Source of the DNA: an uncultured Pseudomonadales bacterium
GTDB taxonomy: Bacteria; Patescibacteriota; Microgenomatia; UBA1400; UBA12028
Assembly: GCA_964635905.1 (NCBI GenBank)
Contig: CAZWPK010000001.1
Coordinates: 224,293-288,292 of the forward strand
Direction: 5' to 3'
DNA length: 64,000 nucleotides
The position numbers and the translations under genes were made by a program. Positions 1 through 8,982 of this stretch are shown piece by piece (position 1 is the first letter of the stretch; the number at the start of each line of letters is the position of its first letter). The notes below the pieces were generated by a model. The model was not told the origin of the DNA. It did not search any database and saw nothing but the letters and a program-made list of their open reading frames with translations.

Positions 1-561
1 CGCTCACAGGATATGGTGCATGGCTGGCCACGCAACACCTTTGCTTTGCGAAAACTACAAAAAGAAATTGCCGATAGTGCAGGAATACCGATGGGACCAT
101 TAACCATGATTACCCACAGTGCCCATATGTATGCCGATGATTTTGGATTAGTGGATAACTTATTAATGTCCCACTACGAAGAAGAACAGGGCTACACTCC
201 CCAAGTCCACTTTGATTTTGATGCCCGAGGGAATGTGGTGGTGGAGATCATCAAAGAAGAAGACGCCCAAGTCTATCCATTTTGGAGTAAGCGCTATGAG
301 AAAGAAGCCATTCCAATGGCGGTGGAACGCATGATGAAAAAAGTGCCCAACGGCAAGCTCATTCGAGCAACCATCTTTGAACCCAACGGGGGACCCGCCA
401 TCAAAATGTTTGAGGGAAGAGTCGCCCAAGAAGTTGCCTGGCAAATCACCGACTGGAAATATCTGACCGATCCTGGACATCTGATGTATGTGGGATTAGA
501 ATTGCAAAAAGCCGAAGATTCCCTGAAGCAGTCCTCTAGCTATGAACAGGATCCGGCCTAA
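1..561 (+). CDS. thyA: Thymidylate synthase-like protein, 3' part (5' end outside window), with a C-terminal DUF4346-like domain
   Basis: Frame is open from base 1. RSQDMVHGWPRN and HSAHMY match the TS RSxD-x3-GxPxN and SxHxY motifs. The tail DARGNVVV...HLMYVGLELQKAE...YEQD resembles DUF4346. Confidence 0.75.
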   Translation, partial: RSQDMVHGWPRNTFALRKLQKEIADSAGIPMGPLTMITHSAHMYADDFGLVDNLLMSHYEEEQGYTPQVHFDFDARGNVVVEIIKEEDAQVYPFWSKRYEKEAIPMAVERMMKKVPNGKLIRATIFEPNGGPAIKMFEGRVAQEVAWQITDWKYLTDPGHLMYVGLELQKAEDSLKQSSSYEQDPA

Positions 562-579
562 GAAAAGAGAAAGCGACCT

Positions 580-924
580 ATGGCAATGCAAGAAGCAACC
601 ACAGCAATCTTTAGAACAATGCGTCTTAAAAGGGCGCTTGCTGATTTTGATTTGCGCCGCGAACAAGCGGAATTATCCACATTGTTGTCCAATCCTGAAT
701 TTCAACAAAGCCTCCTGCCAGTTGCCCGACAGTTATTAATGAGACTTCGTACGTATTCTGAAGGAACCATTAAACCCTACTCTGGGATTGAGGCAACTAT
801 TATTGATCACTGGATCCTTACAGATCAGACGGTTGAATATTTTGATAAAATTAAAGAAGTGAAAGGACGCTATGCACCGTACAGCATCCTCCATCTTACC
901 CGAGTGAAAACTAACAGAGACTAG
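580..924 (+). CDS. Hypothetical protein
   Basis: 114-aa ATG ORF packed co-directionally after thyA; no recognised motif. Confidence 0.55.
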   Translation: MAMQEATTAIFRTMRLKRALADFDLRREQAELSTLLSNPEFQQSLLPVARQLLMRLRTYSEGTIKPYSGIEATIIDHWILTDQTVEYFDKIKEVKGRYAPYSILHLTRVKTNRD

Positions 925-946
925 TTTGTAACCCTTAGAAATCAAT

Positions 947-1258
947 ATGCCAATCCGATACACAGATCAATCCTTCTACTGGAAGGAACGAGACATTCGA
1001 AGAGCCTTATTCAACTTTGAAAAAGATACTCACAGAGTGAATCCTGGCACACCCCTAATGGAAGCAAAAGCAATTCTCTTTCGTTCGGCTTTCGCTCTTT
1101 TTACAGTTTTAAACGAAAACACGAACCCACCCGTAGACATCATTGTCTTTTTAGACTGGATGATTGATGCAACGGGCGCTTCAAAACTAGGTGATGATCG
1201 TTTCTTGGGTGTCACAGCAAGGAGCAGAGAGATTTTAATGATTTCTAAAAGAGACTGA
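947..1258 (+). CDS. Hypothetical protein
   Basis: 103-aa ATG ORF filling the gap before the Fic gene. Confidence 0.55.
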   Translation: MPIRYTDQSFYWKERDIRRALFNFEKDTHRVNPGTPLMEAKAILFRSAFALFTVLNENTNPPVDIIVFLDWMIDATGASKLGDDRFLGVTARSREILMISKRD

Positions 1259-1266
1259 GACTAGTA

Positions 1267-1310
1267 TTGCTAGATCTTGCAAAGTGTTGCAAGATGTTGC
1301 AATGTTGCAA
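1267..1310. promoter_or_regulatory. Phased TTGCAA repeats, a putative operator at the Fic gene start
   Basis: TTGC(T/A)A at 1267, 1277, 1287, 1297 and 1305, including the inverted repeat TCTTGCAA-agtg-TTGCAAGA. Confidence 0.55.
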
Positions 1311-2330
1311 TATCCATATCCTGTTTCTGCTCAACTGGTCACTCCGTTACTGGAACGTATTCAGTTTTTAGCCAAGGTGCTTGAAAGTGTGCCTGTCTCT
1401 CCCACCGTAGCGTCTACTGTTTTTCATCGGCAACAGCTTAAAAGCTCCTTATTTTCTGCTCGCATCGAAGGGAATGTCCTCACTCTCGGGCAAGTTGATC
1501 AGTTGTCTAACGATCCACAAGACTTGCAAAAGAAAGAAGTGGATAACTGTTTGCGGGCGTTGCGTTTTGTCAAAACACTTCCTAAAGCATTAACGATGCA
1601 ATCCATAAAAGACATTCATGCACAACTCTTAGAAGGACTTCACGGACAAGCAGGGATCTTTCGTAGTGAACAATCGGGAATATTTGATGCTTCTGGCTCC
1701 GTGGTGTATCTAACCCCCGATCGACTCACGATGCAGCAGATGCTAGAGATCTGGCTGGTAGAGGCAAACAAGGAACGCGAACCCATTGAACACCTCCTCG
1801 ACGTTGCACGACTGCACTACTATTTCGAAAAAATTCACCCTCTCATCGATGGAAATGGGAGAACGGGACGTGTGCTTTTGCAGTGGCAATTAGAGCAAAG
1901 CACCCTGTTTGGCGAATTCACGCTTCCCATCGATCAATACTTTGATGAGCACAAGGCTTCCTACTATGCCTATATGGAACGTAGTACCCGACACACAGAG
2001 GAATTCACATCCTTTGTCTTAGAAGGTATTGTTTGGTCGCTAGAACAGATTCTCCTAGATCTTAAACGGGTCGGAGAAGAACAACTCGCAACATCGCAAA
2101 ACCAACGTTCCAATCGGTTGGGCTTATTACCTCGACGCGAAGAATTAGTGTCCATTATCCATGATCACCCTCTATGTTCCTTTGACCTCCTCTCTCGACG
2201 TTTTCCCACAATCCCTGTGCGAACACTAGCTAACGACCTGCAGTGGTTAGTGAAACACGATTATGTGATCAAACATGGAAGTACACGCGGAGTCCGGTAT
2301 TCAATTAAAGCTACTGGTTTAGATCGATAA
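1302..2330 (+). CDS. Fic family protein (class II) with C-terminal winged helix
   Basis: Fic motif HPLIDGNGRTGR; N-terminal inhibitory motif SARIEGN; C-terminal RTLANDLQWLVKHDYVIKHGSTRGVRY is wHTH-like. Alternative GTG start at 1284. Confidence 0.9.
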   Translation: MLQYPYPVSAQLVTPLLERIQFLAKVLESVPVSPTVASTVFHRQQLKSSLFSARIEGNVLTLGQVDQLSNDPQDLQKKEVDNCLRALRFVKTLPKALTMQSIKDIHAQLLEGLHGQAGIFRSEQSGIFDASGSVVYLTPDRLTMQQMLEIWLVEANKEREPIEHLLDVARLHYYFEKIHPLIDGNGRTGRVLLQWQLEQSTLFGEFTLPIDQYFDEHKASYYAYMERSTRHTEEFTSFVLEGIVWSLEQILLDLKRVGEEQLATSQNQRSNRLGLLPRREELVSIIHDHPLCSFDLLSRRFPTIPVRTLANDLQWLVKHDYVIKHGSTRGVRYSIKATGLDR

Positions 2331-3378
2331 GTTTAGATGAAGGTTTTGGACTTGCGATAGGAATGGAACTTTTTTTAACTTTTCCATGAATAAGATTTTC
2401 AGGCACGCTTCCCCAAGCTCTGCTATCAGAACTATGTTCGCGATGATCACCTAAGACATAGTAGCTATCCTCTGGAACGATATATGTTCCACCGGTAGGT
2501 GGGAAAGAGGACGAGACCGTAGTTCCTTGCGAAAAGAGGTAGGGCTCTTCTAGCTGGACTCCATTGCGAACCACGTATCCAGATTTGATTTCTATCCGAT
2601 CGCCTGGGACTCCAATGACCCTTTTAATCTGCGCACATCCCGTACCTGTAGGGCAGTTAGCCCCCTTCGGAACGGTAAAATAGATCACATCACCGGATTG
2701 TATGCTGGAGGATAGTAAGCCCCCTTTCTGACTGTAGACTCGGTCGCGATCATTGAATGTAGGTTGCATCGATGTACCGGAGACTAGCAATAGAGACTTA
2801 GGTCCATACAGTTGGCCGACATAAAACTGATAACTGGAAAAGACTCCTATGATGACAAGGAATGCAAAGAGAAGTTTTTGCGCAATATCGGGAGAGGTGG
2901 ATGCTGGATGCACCGGATGTTGTTCACGATCGACGCGGACTACTACTGTCTTTGCAAGTTTGTCATGAACACCTTGCTGATGGGGATCAAGAAGTGCCCA
3001 TAATTGGGGAACATTCGCAATCAATGGACTGATTGATCTTACTAGTGAGCGAACTAAAATAGACTGCAGGGCAGGTTTTTGACCGTCAATCACAGAAATG
3101 ACACGTATTTTCATCACAATTCGCCCCAACGTAGACCCTTTGCTACTCAACAAAAGCACTTCATAGATAAAGGGAAGCACATAGGAAAGTACGAGAGTAG
3201 GCGAATATCCATACTGGAGTGGATGATTTGGCTCAAGGACAAAACGGGCAATGCTCACAACTGTCGCAGACAAGGAGAAAACAAAAATAGTGTCAATCAG
3301 TCCCGCAAGAGCACGTCGGACAATTCCGCCTTTCTGGTAGGAAAAAACATCAATCTGAGTAGTTTGTGTGGGATCCAT
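2311..3378 (-). CDS. RDD-domain / signal peptidase I (S26) fusion
   Basis: RDD motifs RRALAGLID, GSTLGRIVMKIRV and QGVHDKLAKTVVV; SPase motifs SGTSMQPT, IKRVIGVPGD and GDHREHSSDSR. Confidence 0.85.
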   Translation of the reverse strand: MDPTQTTQIDVFSYQKGGIVRRALAGLIDTIFVFSLSATVVSIARFVLEPNHPLQYGYSPTLVLSYVLPFIYEVLLLSSKGSTLGRIVMKIRVISVIDGQKPALQSILVRSLVRSISPLIANVPQLWALLDPHQQGVHDKLAKTVVVRVDREQHPVHPASTSPDIAQKLLFAFLVIIGVFSSYQFYVGQLYGPKSLLLVSGTSMQPTFNDRDRVYSQKGGLLSSSIQSGDVIYFTVPKGANCPTGTGCAQIKRVIGVPGDRIEIKSGYVVRNGVQLEEPYLFSQGTTVSSSFPPTGGTYIVPEDSYYVLGDHREHSSDSRAWGSVPENLIHGKVKKSSIPIASPKPSSKLIDLNQ

Positions 3379-3399
3379 TGTGTATAGTATACCTTAACT

Positions 3400-3666
3400 A
3401 TGTCACGATTTCCCCCTGGTGCCTTTAAAAAACAACTCCAAGAGAAGATAAAAACGTTGGACGATGCTCCAGCACAAAAGTTTGAAATCAAGAACGTGGA
3501 TCCAGCAACCTTTGCAACCAGACCTTCTGCCTACCATGCCCAAGACAGCTTACTTCGATCCCCAGTTAGTGGATCGACAGCAAAGTTACCCACAGCCTCG
3601 TTAATGAATAAGCCCGTGCACGAACGAATGAAATCATTTGTCAAAGAACAGTTCGGAAAGAAATAG
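3400..3666 (+). CDS. Hypothetical protein
   Basis: 88-aa ORF divergent from the SPase fusion. Confidence 0.55.
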   Translation: MSRFPPGAFKKQLQEKIKTLDDAPAQKFEIKNVDPATFATRPSAYHAQDSLLRSPVSGSTAKLPTASLMNKPVHERMKSFVKEQFGKK

Positions 3667-3729
3667 CAGCTAGCGCCATTTGATCAAACCCTTTGGGTTT
3701 GCTATTGTGTTTTTTATAGGGAGTACATC

Positions 3730-4362
3730 ATGACAATGCAAAAAGGATTCATTATCTCGTTTGAGGGTGGAGAAGGAGCTGGAAAGACAACCCAGATTGT
3801 GCGCCTTCGCGACCACCTGGTCAAAGAAGGTTTCGACGTTGTCGTGGTTCGAGAGCCAGGTGGAACAGTGATCTCCGAACAAATACGTGAAGTTGTGCTG
3901 TCCAGTAAAAATATTGGGATGGCATATACCGCTGAAGTACTCCTGTTTCAAGCGGCGCGTGCCCAGGTCTATCGAGAACTAGTTCTTCCAAGTCTAGAAG
4001 CCAAAAAAATCGTGCTCATGGATCGCACCCGCGATAGTTCCGTCGTCTACCAAGGAATGGTTCGAAAATTTGGAGTCGACACGATTGAAGAACTCAACAA
4101 GATTTCAACCAAAGACACCTATCCCGATTTAACCTTCCTCTTGGACGTGGATCCAAAATTGGGTATCGAGCGTCAGCTCCAAGCCGGTGGAGCCAATCGA
4201 TTCGAGATGGAAAATCTAGCCTTTCACCAAGAAGTTCGGGAAGCCTATCGGTATCTTGCCAAACAAAATGATCATGCTCGATGGGAACTGGTAGATGCTA
4301 ATCAAACCTTAGAAGCCGTGGAAGAAGTGATCTGGAAGAAAGTAGCCGAAATAATCGAATAG
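3730..4362 (+). CDS. tmk: Thymidylate kinase
   Basis: P-loop FEGGEGAGKTTQ, REPGG, DR and YQG motifs; SD GGGAG. Confidence 0.95.
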   Translation: MTMQKGFIISFEGGEGAGKTTQIVRLRDHLVKEGFDVVVVREPGGTVISEQIREVVLSSKNIGMAYTAEVLLFQAARAQVYRELVLPSLEAKKIVLMDRTRDSSVVYQGMVRKFGVDTIEELNKISTKDTYPDLTFLLDVDPKLGIERQLQAGGANRFEMENLAFHQEVREAYRYLAKQNDHARWELVDANQTLEAVEEVIWKKVAEIIE

Positions 4363-4366
4363 GCCT

Positions 4367-4717
4367 ATGGCACAAACTGAGTTAGTTTCTGCACAGCTGC
4401 AGATAGCGGTAGAGGACGAACTAGATAGTAATCGATCCTTAAGTTCACAGCTCAGACCGTTTCTTGATGGGGTTGGTGGTCTACCTATTTTGTTGACCAT
4501 GTTCTATGATCTTGCGATCGCCATCAGAGAATTTGATGAAGATAGAATTGATGAACAATATTATCTCTTAAGTTCGAATCCTAAGTTATCTGCCATGTTT
4601 GAACAAAATAACTGGGCTAAGGGTAAGCTGTCCGCAGTCTTCATTGAAAAAATAATTCATGCTCTCCAACATCTTGAATCTAAAGTGGTAAAAGCAGATG
4701 ACGTTGTTGAAACCTAG
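4367..4717 (+). CDS. Hypothetical protein
   Basis: 116-aa ORF starting 4 nt after tmk. Confidence 0.55.
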   Translation: MAQTELVSAQLQIAVEDELDSNRSLSSQLRPFLDGVGGLPILLTMFYDLAIAIREFDEDRIDEQYYLLSSNPKLSAMFEQNNWAKGKLSAVFIEKIIHALQHLESKVVKADDVVET

Positions 4718-4728
4718 TTATCCTGATC

Positions 4729-4953
4729 TTAAACATCACCATCGAGTGGTAAATCAGGAATTGCTATGGACAAGTAAGCTTTATACCATTCTGAAAACAC
4801 AAGTAGTAGTTCTTGGTCAGACTTGGTCACCTCGTCTGGATACGCCAGTAGATAGTCGTTCATAAAATCGAGGAATAAAATAGGGCTGGGAAGATTAAGA
4901 GCCTGAATTTTCTGATCATTCACCAATTCAACTGCACGTTCATGAAAGGCCAT
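4729..4953 (-). CDS. Hypothetical protein
   Basis: 74-aa ORF with an upstream AAGGA SD on the minus strand. Confidence 0.5.
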   Translation of the reverse strand: MAFHERAVELVNDQKIQALNLPSPILFLDFMNDYLLAYPDEVTKSDQELLLVFSEWYKAYLSIAIPDLPLDGDV

Positions 4954-5058
4954 AGGTTTTTCCTTTTTACTAACTCTACTAACTTAAAGTTTATTTTTCA
5001 CCTCTATTCTACCACTTCTAGATAGTTTCGCTGATTTCTGCCCGTACTATTTTCCTGC

Positions 5059-5204
5059 TTGCCTAAAGTGGGGGGTGCGCAGTACACTCATTTTCTAGTG
5101 CCCACCACTAGTTTTTTTTTGGCCAGTTTCCGTACGAAACCATCCCCAATTGGGAAATGGTTGTCATTCTTTCTTTTTAAGTCCTCCCACAGGGACTTTT
5201 TTTT
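5059..5204 (+). promoter_or_regulatory. Promoter and U-rich double-hairpin leader of the argG-pyr operon
   Basis: TTGCCT-18-TACACT (5059-5088). Hairpin CTAGTG-CCCAC-CACTAG plus T9 (5095-5120). Hairpin AAGTCC-TCCCACAG-GGACTT plus T-run (5179-5204). Confidence 0.55.
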
Positions 5205-5293
5205 GCCCACTAATCTAGTCGATTTCACTCCCAACTTTATTCTGCAATCCTGCGTATCCGCTATCGATTCTACTTATCAAGGAGCATCCTGCT

Positions 5294-6922
5294 ATGTCCG
5301 ACGCAATCTACACTAAAGTGTCATCGTATGAAGGCCGCAAAGGCGAGGTAAAGAAAGTGGTCCTACTCTATTCTGGAGGCTTGGACACATCCGTCATGCT
5401 CAAATGGATTCAAGATGAATACCACGCCCAGGTAGTGGCGCTGACCATCGACATCGGTCAGCAAGCCGATGATTTAAAAGCCATCCAACAAAAAGCCATT
5501 AAACTGGGGGCCGTCAAAGCCATCGTGCTGGATGCCAAGAATGAATTTGCCTATCACTATCTAGCCAAGGGAATCAAAGCCAACGCCTCGTATCAGGGGC
5601 GCTACCACATGAGTACTCCCATGGGTCGACCGCTTCTCTCCAAGCTCGCTGTCCAAGTAGCTCGGGAAGAGGGCTGTGACACGATTGCGCATGGATGCAC
5701 GGGAAAAGGGAATGATCAAGTGCGGATTGAAGGCTCGGTGTTGACGCTAGCGCCCGAAATGAAAATCATTGCTCCAGTTCGTGAGTGGAGCATGGGTCGG
5801 GATGAAGAACTGGTGTATGCCAAGAAGCATGGCATTCCCGTCAAACAAACGGCTGCCTCTCCGTATTCCTATGATGACAACATGTGGGGAGTAACAGGGG
5901 AGAGTGGAGAGATTGAAAATCCCGCCCTGATTCCGCCATTAGAGAAAATCCTGCAGGTCTGTCGCATTGTGGAAAAGACACCCAATAAACCGGTGTATCT
6001 GAAACTGCGCTTTGTCAAAGGAATCCCCGTCGAACTGGATGACAAACCCTTCGGTCTCGTCCAGATCATTGCCAAACTCAATACCATCGGAGCCAAGCAT
6101 GGTGTTGGAGTCACGCATCATATTGAGGATCGTCTCGTGGGACTCAAGGTCCGCGGTCTGTATGAAGCGCCAGCCGCAGAAATCATCATCAATGCCCACT
6201 TTAACCTAGAAAAATACGTCTCCACCCGTCAGGAAAATGAATTTAAATCCATCGTAGATACCAAGTGGGCGTACCTCTGTTATGGTGCTCTCTGGTACGA
6301 GCCACTCATGGATGATCTCAATGCCTATATTGAAAAGGTCAATGAAAAAGTGAGTGGAATCGTCACGGTCAAACTGCATAAAGGGCAAGCGGAAGTGGTG
6401 GCAGTCGAAACCCCCAATACGATCTTTGATGAGAAGCTAGCTACCTTTATGAAATCGTCGGCATTCAACCAGAATGCATCGGCAGGTTTTACCGAGATTT
6501 ACACCATGCAGATGCGACTGGCGCAGGAAAAAGAACGCTTGTGTTTGCTCACGATCGGGGAAGACTATAATAAGGAACGTTTCCTGCCCATCGTACTCAA
6601 ACTCAAAGACCTAGGATTTTCCTTCTACGCAACCGAACACACGCATGAGTTCTACAAGAAACACGGGGTGGAGTCGATTCCAGTGCATAAGATGTACAAG
6701 AAAACGACACCAAACTTGGAAAGTGTCCTTCGCCAGGATCTGTTCGATTTGATCATTCATGTGGCCTATAGCAATCAGTTCCCCGAAGCCAAAAAAGATG
6801 AAAAAGTCATTCGTTCTTGGGCAATCAAGAATAACGTGCCGCTCGTGCGTGATCTTGAAACAGCAGAGGACTTAATCAAGACAGTGGAGAAGCGCATGGT
6901 GGTGCGTAAAAAGTCAGCCTAA
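5294..6922 (+). CDS. argG: Argininosuccinate synthase fused to a C-terminal MGS-like (CarB allosteric-type) domain
   Basis: LLYSGGLDTS, HGCTGKGNDQVR and EDRLVGLKVRGLYEAP. Extra ~130 aa with LGFSFYATEHTHEFYKKHGV, DLII and IRSWAIKNNVP match the MGS-like pattern of the CarB C-terminus. Confidence 0.9.
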   Translation: MSDAIYTKVSSYEGRKGEVKKVVLLYSGGLDTSVMLKWIQDEYHAQVVALTIDIGQQADDLKAIQQKAIKLGAVKAIVLDAKNEFAYHYLAKGIKANASYQGRYHMSTPMGRPLLSKLAVQVAREEGCDTIAHGCTGKGNDQVRIEGSVLTLAPEMKIIAPVREWSMGRDEELVYAKKHGIPVKQTAASPYSYDDNMWGVTGESGEIENPALIPPLEKILQVCRIVEKTPNKPVYLKLRFVKGIPVELDDKPFGLVQIIAKLNTIGAKHGVGVTHHIEDRLVGLKVRGLYEAPAAEIIINAHFNLEKYVSTRQENEFKSIVDTKWAYLCYGALWYEPLMDDLNAYIEKVNEKVSGIVTVKLHKGQAEVVAVETPNTIFDEKLATFMKSSAFNQNASAGFTEIYTMQMRLAQEKERLCLLTIGEDYNKERFLPIVLKLKDLGFSFYATEHTHEFYKKHGVESIPVHKMYKKTTPNLESVLRQDLFDLIIHVAYSNQFPEAKKDEKVIRSWAIKNNVPLVRDLETAEDLIKTVEKRMVVRKKSA

Positions 6923-6931
6923 GGAACATCT

Positions 6932-7912
6932 ATGCAACAACACTGGGATATCCAAGCAGAACTGCTCGAACGCATCAAGGAGAACGGGGGATGGGTGAAC
7001 TGTCATGCGCATATTGATCGTGCGTATACGATCACTGAGGAAAACTTTACCCTCAGTCAACAACCACGATCTGAAAAGTGGGCACTCAACAGTGAGCTGC
7101 GCAAAACCTCTACCGTCGATCAAATCTATGATCGCATGGCAAAGGCGATCGAACGGATGCTCGAGCAAGGAGTCAGTGCGTTAGGAACCTTCATTGATGT
7201 GGATGGGGATGTGAAAGACAAGGCAATCAAGGCAAGTCAACGGATCAAGGAGTCGTATGGAAAGCAACTTACATTACGCTTCCTCAATCAGTCCAGTTAT
7301 GGATTATTCAACGAAGAAAAAGAATCTCGAGAATGGTTTGAGGTAGGCGCAGAGTATGTTGATATTATCGGCGGACTGTTGAAAGCCGATGCCGGACGCG
7401 AAGCGGAACATCTGGATATCTTGTTATCCACCGCTAAACGACTCGGAAAAATGGTCCATGTGCACGTGGATGAACTCAACCTTCCGGAAGAGCATGAGAC
7501 AGAATTACTGGCACAAAAAACCATCGAGCATGGCATGGAAGGCAAGGTTGTGGGGATTCACGGGATCTCGATCAATGCGCGTCCGCTAGAAGAACGCCAA
7601 GCTCTGTACACACTCATCGCCAAGGCACAGTTGCAATTCATTGCCTGTCCAGTCTCCTGGCTCAATGAGCGTCGCTCGGAATCCCTCTCACCCATCCACA
7701 ATCCGATTACCCCAGTTGATGAGCTGCTTACCTACAACATTCCGGTGGGAATTGGGACAGATAATATTGCGGATATTTGGATGCCGCTCAATAACGCGGA
7801 TCTCTGGCTGGATTTGCGCGTGTTGCTCGAAGCTGCGCGCATCTATGACCTGGACACACTGGTTCAGATTGCGACGAGTAATGGGAAAAAAATATTAGGA
7901 CTATCGGCATGA
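6932..7912 (+). CDS. Amidohydrolase, cytosine-deaminase (CodA)-like
   Basis: Metal-binding motifs NCHAHID, HVHVDE, GIHGIS and GIGTDN. Confidence 0.8.
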   Translation: MQQHWDIQAELLERIKENGGWVNCHAHIDRAYTITEENFTLSQQPRSEKWALNSELRKTSTVDQIYDRMAKAIERMLEQGVSALGTFIDVDGDVKDKAIKASQRIKESYGKQLTLRFLNQSSYGLFNEEKESREWFEVGAEYVDIIGGLLKADAGREAEHLDILLSTAKRLGKMVHVHVDELNLPEEHETELLAQKTIEHGMEGKVVGIHGISINARPLEERQALYTLIAKAQLQFIACPVSWLNERRSESLSPIHNPITPVDELLTYNIPVGIGTDNIADIWMPLNNADLWLDLRVLLEAARIYDLDTLVQIATSNGKKILGLSA

Positions 7913-8982
7913 CCACACCTTTTTACGATCCCACCCGTTCCTATGATGAGAACTATGCGCGTGGCCCGTTCGGGGCATTTGAACATCCAAGAGAATGGAT
8001 GCCCACATCGACATCTTCTACCTCATTTTTAGGTATTCCACTTGATTTTCCCTTTGGGATTCCCGCAGGACCACTGCTAAACGCTCGCTATGTTTCTGCG
8101 GCATTCACCATGGGATTTCCGGTCTGTGTGTATAAGACAGTGCGTTCCCGCCAGACCCCTAGTCATCCTGTTCCTAATGTACTCCCAATTGAGATTAACG
8201 GAGATTTAACGTTAGACAAGGCAGCCAAGCCAGTCACCGTAAAATCAAGCTATAGCCAACCGCTCTCCATCACCAACTCCTTTGGAGTTCCTTCCAAAGA
8301 GCCCAGTGTGTGGGAAGTCGATATGAGAGAGGCTCTTGAGTCTGCTCGTCCAGGCCAGTTACTGATCGGAAGCTTTCAAGGAACCTCATCGCCTGATGGT
8401 TTTGATGCGTTCCTTGGGGACTGTGTCTCCACCGCAGTACGGGTGGCGGCAACCGGAGTGAAAGTATTGGAACTCAATTTGAGCTGTCCCAATGAGGGAA
8501 AGAAAGCACTCCTATGTTTTGATATTGAACGGGTGGAAGCTATCGTAGACGCAATCAAATCCCAGGTAGCAACCCCACTTCTGTTAAAACTGGCCTATTT
8601 TTGCGATCAACAACAGCTAACCAAATTTGTTGAACACATCGGACCCAGGGTAGAAGGACTGTGCGCAATCAATACCATTCCAGCCACCATTGTCGACACA
8701 AATGGGAACCAAGCCTTGCCTGGGGAGGGACGCGCAGTCAGTGGGGTGTGTGGGGATGCGATTCGCTGGGCAGGACTTGAAATGGTGGGCCGACTCGCAT
8801 TACTTCGAAAGTCCATGCAACTAGAATTTGCCATCATCGGGGTAGGGGGAGTATTGACCCCAGATCACTATCATGAATATCGTAGCGTTGGTGCCGACCT
8901 AGTCCTTTCTGCGACGGGGGCAATGTGGAATCCACAATTGGCTCAAGAAATCTATTCATCTAAATCCACAGGAGAATTATGA
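7909..8982 (+). CDS. pyrD: Dihydroorotate dehydrogenase-like FMN enzyme (class 1, catalytic Cys)
   Basis: PFGIPAGP, YKTV, TNSFG, ELNLSCPN, AINT and IIGVGGV; ATGA-coupled to both neighbours. Confidence 0.75.
   Translation: MTTPFYDPTRSYDENYARGPFGAFEHPREWMPTSTSSTSFLGIPLDFPFGIPAGPLLNARYVSAAFTMGFPVCVYKTVRSRQTPSHPVPNVLPIEINGDLTLDKAAKPVTVKSSYSQPLSITNSFGVPSKEPSVWEVDMREALESARPGQLLIGSFQGTSSPDGFDAFLGDCVSTAVRVAATGVKVLELNLSCPNEGKKALLCFDIERVEAIVDAIKSQVATPLLLKLAYFCDQQQLTKFVEHIGPRVEGLCAINTIPATIVDTNGNQALPGEGRAVSGVCGDAIRWAGLEMVGRLALLRKSMQLEFAIIGVGGVLTPDHYHEYRSVGADLVLSATGAMWNPQLAQEIYSSKSTGEL

Noticed and set aside
5172-5198. PyrR-binding loop resemblance (TTTAAGTCC...AGGGACT)
   Set aside because: It does not fit the ARUCCNGNGAGGYU consensus and no pyrR is present in the window; treated as a terminator hairpin.
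5059-5316. 85-aa ORF upstream of argG
   Set aside because: Its TTG start is the predicted -35 box and it runs through T-tracts and hairpins; likely spurious.
6932-7912. Canonical dihydroorotase PyrC
   Set aside because: Motifs HVDE and GTDN are CodA-like mononuclear deaminase type; the PyrC D-(S/H)-APH motif is absent.
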